The notes beneath the pieces were generated by a model. That model did not search any database. It worked only from the letters and a program-made list of their open reading frames with translations, and was not told the origin of the DNA. The translations under genes and the position numbers were made by a program. From a virus (taxonomy: Duplodnaviria > Caudoviricetes), in IMG/VR virus record IMGVR_UViG_3300044633_000159, positions 1 to 61,096 of that record: a stretch of 61,096 bases of DNA. The stretch is one strand, 5' to 3'. Positions within the stretch are counted from its first letter, which is position 1. Each line of letters starts with the position of its first letter. This document shows positions 19,559 through 25,204 of this stretch, piece after piece.

Positions 19559-20104
19559 ATGGAAAAAGAAAAACTACAAGAACAAATATTATTGTCTAAG
19601 TCATCTAGAGAAATAGCTAAACATTTTGATGTTAGCCAAAGCACTATAAGATATTGGACAAAAAAATACCAATTAAGTATGCTGTTTAATAGCGAATATA
19701 ATGGTTTAAAGTGTAGAGTTTGTAACTCTTCATTAGTAAATATGCAGAAAGTTTACTGTTCAAATAACTGCAAAGTAAAAGGTCATTATATTAATTCTAA
19801 AAACAATACTAATTCTGTATATAGTCAAGAAAGTAGAGGTATAGAGCGTAAAAAACACTTTATGAACATACTAGGTGGTAAATGCAATTCTTGCGGTTAT
19901 AATAAGAATATTACCGCGTTAGAATTCCACCATGTAGATCCAACTACTAAAAAACTACAACTAAACATGAGAACTTTTTCCAATAATTCAATGAACGTTT
20001 TAATTGAAGAGGTTTACAAGTGTGAATTACTATGTGCTAATTGCCATAGAGAACACCATAATCCTCGTTTTAACTACTTTATTCAATCTGCTCTAACCGA
20101 CTGA
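19559..20104 (+). CDS. HNH endonuclease with N-terminal HTH and zinc fingers (homing-type mobile gene)
   Basis: SSREIAKHFDVSQSTIRYW HTH; CRVC..YCS..C; GGKC..CGY....ALEFHH..P...C.LLCANCHREHH; the only convincing + strand gene in the leftward arm. Confidence 0.88.
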   Translation: MEKEKLQEQILLSKSSREIAKHFDVSQSTIRYWTKKYQLSMLFNSEYNGLKCRVCNSSLVNMQKVYCSNNCKVKGHYINSKNNTNSVYSQESRGIERKKHFMNILGGKCNSCGYNKNITALEFHHVDPTTKKLQLNMRTFSNNSMNVLIEEVYKCELLCANCHREHHNPRFNYFIQSALTD

Positions 20105-20154
20105 GCTATGTGGACTACCGAGATTACCTAGCGCTACGTGTATAGCACTACGCT

Positions 20155-20646
20155 CTACCTATCCATAAGCGATTGTAATTTTTTTAACATCGGTAATAAT
20201 TCGCTGAACATCTCGGCACGCTTTTGTTGCTCATCAAGTGTTTTCTGCGTAGGCATCTCACGTGCTTTGATCCATTTACCATTTTTAAATACCTTTATAT
20301 TTCTATAATAAAAGTCTCCGTTAGGTAATAACTCATGATCTTCATTGGTAACGATCTGACCATACTTAGTCCAGACACCTAGAGCAAAACCTCGACGCTC
20401 AGCTTCTTTGGTCATCTCTAATACCTTGCAACAATCACTACTTGCTGGTACAGTTATAGATGGTTGTTTACCATTATCTATATCCATCCAGAATACGTGA
20501 CCTTGATTGGTTAAATTCCAAGGAAATGCTGATTTAAGGTCGATATCCATATCGATACACTTTCCTAGTTCTTCTTGATTTCTAAATCTTAAGAACTCTT
20601 CTACAAATAATTCTTTCTGTACTCTTGTTAACTTGCTAATTTTCAT
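20155..20646 (-). CDS. hypothetical protein
   Basis: AF.W..T.QGH.FW motif seen in phage hypothetical proteins. Confidence 0.7.
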   Translation of the reverse strand: MKISKLTRVQKELFVEEFLRFRNQEELGKCIDMDIDLKSAFPWNLTNQGHVFWMDIDNGKQPSITVPASSDCCKVLEMTKEAERRGFALGVWTKYGQIVTNEDHELLPNGDFYYRNIKVFKNGKWIKAREMPTQKTLDEQQKRAEMFSELLPMLKKLQSLMDR

Positions 20647-20648
20647 GC

Positions 20649-20900
20649 TTATTTAATATTAATGGTTAATGACTGAAATCCTTGTTCTGTACTTACATGC
20701 TTGTGATTCCACAATCGAGTGCAAGCGAACTTCTTACTCTTACTAAACGTAGACTTTTGTCTAGTTGGTAACCTAAACCATTCAGAGTTCGTTAGTCCGC
20801 TGCATCTTCTCTCTTGTGAGTTTAAACGCCTATGCTCGTTTATTCTATCTCTTTTTAAATTCTTAATATACTCGTGGGCAATTACTGCTGCTGCTTCCAT
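20649..20900 (-). CDS. hypothetical protein
   Basis: ORF in early cluster. Confidence 0.55.
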   Translation of the reverse strand: MEAAAVIAHEYIKNLKRDRINEHRRLNSQERRCSGLTNSEWFRLPTRQKSTFSKSKKFACTRLWNHKHVSTEQGFQSLTINIK

Positions 20901-20902
20901 AG

Positions 20903-21061
20903 TTATATATATGTTATTTCTAAATTTAACTTCTCTGTGGTCATGTAACTCGTGGTGTCTAAACCATAGTGTTTATCTACATATTCTTCGATATTTGTAC
21001 CTGTTGGTACTTCGACTATGTTTACTTTACCTTCTGAGTAATCTAATATAGTTATATACAT
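20903..21061 (-). CDS. small hypothetical protein (52 aa, below ORF-track cutoff)
   Basis: Manually translated MYITILDYSEGKVNIVEVPTG...; abuts neighbours. Confidence 0.5.
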   Translation of the reverse strand: MYITILDYSEGKVNIVEVPTGTNIEEYVDKHYGLDTTSYMTTEKLNLEITYI

Positions 21062-21184
21062 ACTTAACTTCTTAATGCCGCTCCCGCTGCGTTAGACAAT
21101 TCTCTAAAATTCACTTGTAATTTACTAGCTAACCTAAAGGTTATTAAACTTACTAGTCTTCTGTATTTTCTCATTATATTTAAA

Positions 21185-21361
21185 CTATTGGTTATAAACT
21201 TGATTTACTAAGTCCTCTAATAATACACTACGATCGTAGCCGGATTTCCAGCTACAATCAGTGTATATATACTCAGACATTTCTCTAATCACTTGATCTC
21301 TTTCGCCATATTCAGCGAACGCTTTGAAATGCTCTATGGTACTATCTTTAAATTGACTCAT
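21185..21361 (-). CDS. small hypothetical protein (58 aa, below ORF-track cutoff)
   Basis: Manually translated MSQFKDSTIEHFKAFAEY...; starts 1 nt after the upstream stop. Confidence 0.55.
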   Translation of the reverse strand: MSQFKDSTIEHFKAFAEYGERDQVIREMSEYIYTDCSWKSGYDRSVLLEDLVNQVYNQ

Positions 21362-21362
21362 G

Positions 21363-21560
21363 TTAGTTTAAATCAGATTTTCTAATGAAAGTCCAACCTT
21401 TGTGGTTAAACCATGAAGTTACGCCATCTCGCTCATTCTCGGCATCGTAGATGAAGGCAAATTTAGCTGGGAGGTTACCAATTAGGAAACCAGTGTATTC
21501 GACTTTGTTAAGCCAAATAGTAGACTCGCGTCTTTTGAAAGTTTTAACTGTTGTAGTCAT
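21363..21560 (-). CDS. hypothetical early protein
   Basis: First gene after class I promoter. Confidence 0.7.
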   Translation of the reverse strand: MTTTVKTFKRRESTIWLNKVEYTGFLIGNLPAKFAFIYDAENERDGVTSWFNHKGWTFIRKSDLN

Positions 21561-21607
21561 AGGTAATAAAGGTATTAAAGTTTAATTATTAAATTATTTC
21601 CACGTAT

Positions 21608-21638
21608 ATTATCTTACTAAAATAATATATAGTCCGTG
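21608..21638 (-). promoter_or_regulatory. Class I phage promoter
   Basis: CACGGACT-N17-GATAAT. Confidence 0.8.
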
Positions 21639-21645
21639 TGGTTGA

Positions 21646-21909
21646 TTATTGCTTCGGTATGGTAAATATAGTTGAATAGAAATCTTCTTCTTCTTCATAC
21701 TCATCATAGTTATCAGGGTATAACTCAGATAGTTCCTCGTAAGTGGGGTCATTAAAAGTATCGAAGGTATGGTGTATACTCACGGTAATAACTTCTATCT
21801 CGTTACCATCCTCGTCTTCTGTAAATCCTTCTTCTATATCGAAGGTTATTACTCCGTTAATTTTCTCGATAATACTTGATAATTCTGGAAATTCTGGAAA
21901 TTCTTGCAT
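21646..21909 (-). CDS. Highly acidic small early protein
   Basis: 26 Asp/Glu versus 2 Lys and no Arg in 87 aa. Confidence 0.7.
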   Translation of the reverse strand: MQEFPEFPELSSIIEKINGVITFDIEEGFTEDEDGNEIEVITVSIHHTFDTFNDPTYEELSELYPDNYDEYEEEEDFYSTIFTIPKQ

Positions 21910-22029
21910 AAGTAAAAGGTGTTAATTTATTTGTTAGTTTTAAAGTTCCTTGAGGGTGTATTACCACGCTTCATCCTGACTATTAACTAGTTAAGACTCG
22001 AAAGGTGTTAATAATTAACCCTCGAATAT

Positions 22030-22060
22030 ATTATCTTACTAAAATTTTAACAAGTCCGTG
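22030..22060 (-). promoter_or_regulatory. Class I phage promoter
   Basis: CACGGACT-N17-GATAAT with TGCTATACAC just upstream. Confidence 0.8.
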
Positions 22061-22118
22061 CGGTGTATAGCAGTAACTTGCTGCTTTAATGGCACACCAA
22101 ACCACCAATCTGGAAAAG

Positions 22119-22165
22119 TGTGACATTAGGGTATTAAGTAAGAAGAGTAACAGGCTATTGTCACA
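22119..22165. promoter_or_regulatory. Inverted-repeat site B: TGTGACATTAG-N25-CTATTGTCACA
   Basis: Matches sites at 14010 and 24544. Confidence 0.75.
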
Positions 22166-22376
22166 GTTTTTTATCTCCATACTTGCAGTAAAATAACTTA
22201 TCTATTGACTCGTAGTTGACTCCATACTCAGTAACTATGGCTTGGAATACACTATCCACCCATTGCCACTCACTATCTAGTGACTCGTCACCACAATCCG
22301 CATAAAAGTTGATCGCTTGACCATGTTTGGTGATTATTATCCACCCTTCTTGTAATACTATTCTACCGTATTCCAT
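22161..22376 (-). CDS. hypothetical early protein
   Basis: 71-aa ORF whose stop codon lies in inverted-repeat site B. Confidence 0.6.
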   Translation of the reverse strand: MEYGRIVLQEGWIIITKHGQAINFYADCGDESLDSEWQWVDSVFQAIVTEYGVNYESIDKLFYCKYGDKKL

Positions 22377-22395
22377 GTTTTTAAAATTAAAGTTT

Positions 22396-22421
22396 AAAAA
22401 AAAGCCGCCCGAAGGCGACTT
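22396..22421 (-). terminator. Intrinsic terminator after paralog 1
   Basis: AAGTCGCC-TTCG-GGCGGCTT-TTTTTT. Confidence 0.85.
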
Positions 22422-22431
22422 ATTTGACTAA

Positions 22432-22728
22432 TTATACTAATTCTGGTAACGCTCTAACGAAAGCGGGAAGATTGTTAGTATTGGTATAACTCCCGTACTT
22501 CTCGAAGCATGGCATGAGGTCGAATTTCGCTTTTAAAGCGTTATATACCTTATCATGGTCGTAGGTACATAGTACGTTTTTAGCGTTGGTAAAGGAAATA
22601 ACTGTGTTAGTTCCTATTAATGACTTGCGAATAACAAAGCGCTTAGTTGTAATAGCGTTTTTAGTTGTTACTACTGCTACAGGAGCTGCCACTGGCGCTA
22701 CGACTGTATTGGTTTTTACTTTGGACAT
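22432..22728 (-). CDS. Paralog 1 of four-copy early protein family (98 aa, start MSKVK)
   Basis: TTKRFVIRKSLIGTNTVISFTN..YDHDKVY..MPCF.KYGSYTNTNNLPAFVR core; start reassigned downstream of the promoter. Confidence 0.85.
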   Translation of the reverse strand: MSKVKTNTVVAPVAAPVAVVTTKNAITTKRFVIRKSLIGTNTVISFTNAKNVLCTYDHDKVYNALKAKFDLMPCFEKYGSYTNTNNLPAFVRALPELV

Positions 22729-22774
22729 AGGTAATAAATTATGGTTATGAAGTCGAATATCGAACTTCATATAT

Positions 22775-22805
22775 ATTATCTCACTATAATAATTGTAAGT
22801 CCGTG
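22775..22805 (-). promoter_or_regulatory. Class I promoter of paralog 1
   Basis: CACGGACT-N17-GATAAT. Confidence 0.8.
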
Positions 22806-22885
22806 TAGTGTATAGCACTTCACACTAAATAGATCGTTAGCGATTGAACACACCTCCGCCTGTCCATTCCGCTAATAAGCAGAGT

Positions 22886-22910
22886 AAAAAACCCTCTTTC
22901 GAGGGTCTTT
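22886..22910 (-). terminator. Intrinsic terminator after paralog 2
   Basis: AAAGACCCTC-GAAA-GAGGGTTTTTT. Confidence 0.85.
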
Positions 22911-22922
22911 ATTTACCTTATA

Positions 22923-23207
22923 TTATACTAACTCTGGTAATGCTCTAACAAAAGCAGGTAAGTTATTGGTATTGGTATAACTACCATACTTTTCAAAGCA
23001 AGGCATGAGGTCAAACTTAGCTTTTAACTGGTGATAAACCTTGTCATGGTCATAAGTGCATAACTCATTCTTGTTGTTGGTAAAGCTAATTACTGTGTTA
23101 GTTCCTATTAGACTCTTTCTAATAACAAACCTTTTAGTAGTTAGTGCATTCTTGGTTACTACAGGAGCTACTGGTGCTACGACTGTGTTAGTTTTTACTT
23201 TTGACAT
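22923..23207 (-). CDS. Paralog 2 of four-copy early protein family
   Basis: Same conserved core. Confidence 0.85.
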   Translation of the reverse strand: MSKVKTNTVVAPVAPVVTKNALTTKRFVIRKSLIGTNTVISFTNNKNELCTYDHDKVYHQLKAKFDLMPCFEKYGSYTNTNNLPAFVRALPELV

Positions 23208-23252
23208 AGTAATAAATATTAAGTTACTGAGCTCATTATTAAGCTCGTATAT

Positions 23253-23283
23253 ATTATCTTGCTAAAAATCCTGTAAGTCCGTG
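23253..23283 (-). promoter_or_regulatory. Class I promoter of paralog 2
   Basis: CACGGACT-N17-GATAAT. Confidence 0.8.
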
Positions 23284-23369
23284 TAGTGTATAGCATAATG
23301 CACTATGATAAAGACTGTAAATGACAATTAAAGTCGGCTCTGCCTGTCCATTCCACCGATAGGTAGAAG

Positions 23370-23394
23370 AAAAAACCCTCTTTCGAGGGTCTTT
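23370..23394 (-). terminator. Intrinsic terminator after paralog 3
   Basis: AAAGACCCTC-GAAA-GAGGGTTTTTT, identical to 22886-22910. Confidence 0.85.
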
Positions 23395-23406
23395 AGTTGA
23401 TTACTG

Positions 23407-23643
23407 TTATACTAACTCTTTAAGTGATCTAACGAACGCTGGTAGGTTATTAGTGTTAGTGTAACTACCATACTTATTAAAACAAGGCATAGAATCAAAC
23501 TTGTCTTTTAGTTGGTTGTAGACTTTGTCATGATCATAAGTCATTAACTCATTCTTGTTGTTGGTAAAACTGATAACAGTGTTTGTACCAATTAAACTTT
23601 TTCTGATCACAAATCTTTTTGTAGTAATAGTGTTTACTGACAT
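23407..23643 (-). CDS. Paralog 3 of four-copy early protein family (78 aa, start MSVNT)
   Basis: Same conserved core; start reassigned by comparison with the other copies. Confidence 0.85.
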   Translation of the reverse strand: MSVNTITTKRFVIRKSLIGTNTVISFTNNKNELMTYDHDKVYNQLKDKFDSMPCFNKYGSYTNTNNLPAFVRSLKELV

Positions 23644-23689
23644 AGTATAAAATATTAAGTTATGGAATCCATTATTAAATTCCATATAT

Positions 23690-23720
23690 ATTATCTGACT
23701 ATAAAACTCGTAAGTCCGTG
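23690..23720 (-). promoter_or_regulatory. Class I promoter of paralog 3
   Basis: CACGGACT-N17-GATAAT. Confidence 0.8.
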
Positions 23721-23743
23721 CGTGTATAGCATCGGAAGGATAT

Positions 23744-23769
23744 AAAAAAAGACCACCGAAGTGGCCTTT
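23744..23769 (-). terminator. Intrinsic terminator closing the paralog 4 unit
   Basis: AAAGGCCAC-TTCG-GTGGTCTTTTTTT. Confidence 0.85.
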
Positions 23770-23773
23770 AAAA

Positions 23774-23875
23774 CTATATACTTATCAAACTACGTATAAC
23801 AAAGTATAACGCTGCATAGATGATAAAGAATATCTGAAGTCTCGCTTGACTAAAGAATCTGAGTATGTATTTCAT
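23774..23875 (-). CDS. Possible 33-aa hydrophobic peptide
   Basis: MKYILRFFSQARLQIFFIIYAALYFVIRSLISI between paralog 4 and its terminator. Confidence 0.4.
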   Translation of the reverse strand: MKYILRFFSQARLQIFFIIYAALYFVIRSLISI

Positions 23876-23933
23876 ATTAAGATATATTAGATTAATAAAT
23901 AAAGCAGTTTAATGACTTGCTTAGGTCGGTTGA

Positions 23934-24191
23934 TTAAACTATCTCTTTCAATGCTCTAACGAACGCTGGGAGATTGTTTGTGTTCGTGTATGAACCATAC
24001 TTAGCGAAGCATGGCATTGCATCGAACTTGTCTTTGAGCTGCTCATAGACTTTGTCGTGATTGTAAGTGCATACGACTTGCTTTGCATTTGTGAATGAGA
24101 TCACTGTGTTAGTACCGATCAGAGACTTTCTGATAACGAATCTTTTAGTAGTAATTTCTACTGTTGCTGGTAATGTGTTTAATTTAGACAT
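23934..24191 (-). CDS. Paralog 4 of four-copy early protein family
   Basis: Same conserved core. Confidence 0.85.
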   Translation of the reverse strand: MSKLNTLPATVEITTKRFVIRKSLIGTNTVISFTNAKQVVCTYNHDKVYEQLKDKFDAMPCFAKYGSYTNTNNLPAFVRALKEIV

Positions 24192-24232
24192 AATAAATTT
24201 ATTTAATTATAAGCTTAATTGCTTACATATAT

Positions 24233-24263
24233 ATTATCCAATATAAATTCTTGTAAGTCCGTG
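24233..24263 (-). promoter_or_regulatory. Class I promoter of paralog 4, plus an orphan CACGGACT at 24292-24299
   Basis: CACGGACT-N17-GATAAT. Confidence 0.8.
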
Positions 24264-24445
24264 TGTTATAAAATATATATATAAAGTAGTAAGTCCGTGT
24301 GTATAGCAAAGGTAAAAAGCTAAAACAAAGCAGCGCATCGATCCGATTCGACTGACGATGAAAACCAAAACATAAACACAAAGGGGAACCCGGCAAAACA
24401 AAACGCGTTTTCCTTTTGGAAACGAAAATAGAAAATGGGGTAGTA

Positions 24446-24493
24446 ACCCATCAAATCTCTATATCTCACACCCATCAAATCTCCACATCTCAT
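24446..24493. repeat. Tandem 2 x 24 bp direct repeat in the divergent non-coding region
   Basis: ACCCATCAAATCTCTATATCTCAC / ACCCATCAAATCTCCACATCTCAT, 21 of 24 identical. Confidence 0.8.
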
Positions 24494-24543
24494 ATTCAAA
24501 TATGAAATACGAAAAAATTTTTTACAATATTTTTTTTTAAAAG

Positions 24544-24590
24544 TATGACAATAGGGTATTAGAATAAAGGAGTAAGGGGCTAATGTCACA
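24544..24590. promoter_or_regulatory. Inverted-repeat site C: TATGACAATAG-N25-CTAATGTCACA
   Basis: Matches sites A and B. Confidence 0.75.
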
Positions 24591-24603
24591 GTATGCCTAT
24601 GTG

Positions 24604-24627
24604 TAAAAATCACTACTTCCGTGTAAT
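24604..24627 (+). promoter_or_regulatory. Class II promoter at the head of the structural arm
   Basis: TAAAAA-N11-GTGTAAT. Confidence 0.65.
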
Positions 24628-24655
24628 AGTATACATATGATTAAATATTACTATT

Positions 24656-24934
24656 ATGGCGTTTGAATTAAGAAATCAGTCACCTTTGTTAAAGCAGAAG
24701 TTATCTCCTTTAGCTGCTAAAAAGAAAGCAGCTAGAGATCTTGCTTATGCTAAAACAGACGATAGGAGAGCTAAGAAGGCACATTCACAAAGGATGCGTC
24801 GTAAAGATCCTAAAGGTAAAGGAAAGGACTGGGATCACGAGGATGGCAGATGGGAGAGTGTTAAGCAGAACAGGGGTAATGAAGGTGAGGGTACTAAGAA
24901 AGAGAGTGGTAAAAGATATAAGGTTCCTAAGTAA
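24656..24934 (+). CDS. Small basic protein with degenerate HNH-like motif
   Basis: GKDWDH...SVKQNRG; first gene of the rightward arm. Confidence 0.55.
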   Translation: MAFELRNQSPLLKQKLSPLAAKKKAARDLAYAKTDDRRAKKAHSQRMRRKDPKGKGKDWDHEDGRWESVKQNRGNEGEGTKKESGKRYKVPK

Positions 24935-25203
24935 TGGCTACACAGAAGTTTATGGGTAAGGGACAGTTAGTTGATAGACTAGCTGCTCAGGTTGGTAGCA
25001 GGGAACTTGCTATTAGTTTATTGAAGAAGAGAGGCCAGATGACTGCTAGCGGTAAGTTAACGGTAGAAGGTAAAGAAAGAAATAATATGACTGCTGAGGA
25101 ACGTGCTAAGGATAGAGCGTCTAAAGCAACCGGCAAACCTAAGAGTAGTTTTAGTTATAACCCTGCTACAAATAGAACTAAGAAGTTAAATAAAAAGAAA
25201 TAG
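24934..25203 (+). CDS. basic hypothetical protein
   Basis: Coupled ORF. Confidence 0.7.
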   Translation: MATQKFMGKGQLVDRLAAQVGSRELAISLLKKRGQMTASGKLTVEGKERNNMTAEERAKDRASKATGKPKSSFSYNPATNRTKKLNKKK

Positions 25204-25204
25204 A

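Larger units (their letters stand above)
19451..20115 (-). tRNA. tRNA (CAU; Met or Ile2) interrupted in the anticodon loop by an insert of about 595 bp
   Basis: 5' half 20085-20115 GTCCACA-TA-GCTC-AGTCGGTTA-GAGC-A-GATTG; 3' half 19451-19490 CATAATCATC-AGGTC-GTAGG-TTCGATT-CCTAC-TGTGGAC-A; perfect 7-bp acceptor stem between halves. Confidence 0.8.

Noticed and set aside
19491-20084. Group I intron in the tRNA
   Set aside because: Only about 70 nt lie outside the antisense ORF, no recognisable catalytic core, and no terminal G directly before the anticodon
21226-21263. 12-bp hairpin as a stand-alone ncRNA
   Set aside because: Lies inside a plausible 58-aa ORF; no other support
21930-22025. preQ1-I riboswitch resemblance (GAGGGTT...TACACCCTC...AAAACTAA)
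   Set aside because: Loop would exceed 50 nt, far longer than the known aptamer, and no queuosine genes are nearby
22729-22818. N-terminal extension of paralog 1 (and 23644-23685 of paralog 3) in the ORF track
   Set aside because: Extensions run through the promoter or 5' hairpin; the other copies indicate the downstream ATG
22432-24191. Diversity-generating retroelement template and variable repeats
   Set aside because: No reverse transcriptase; differences are largely synonymous and not adenine-specific
21600-24310. CRISPR-like array from the recurring AGTCCGTG / GTGTATAGCA repeats
   Set aside because: Repeats are bipartite with variable cores, about 400-750 bp apart and separated by whole genes; no cas genes
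24320-24613. 97-aa minus-strand ORF in the divergence region
   Set aside because: Phe-rich translation of A-tracts and repeats, overlapping regulatory sites
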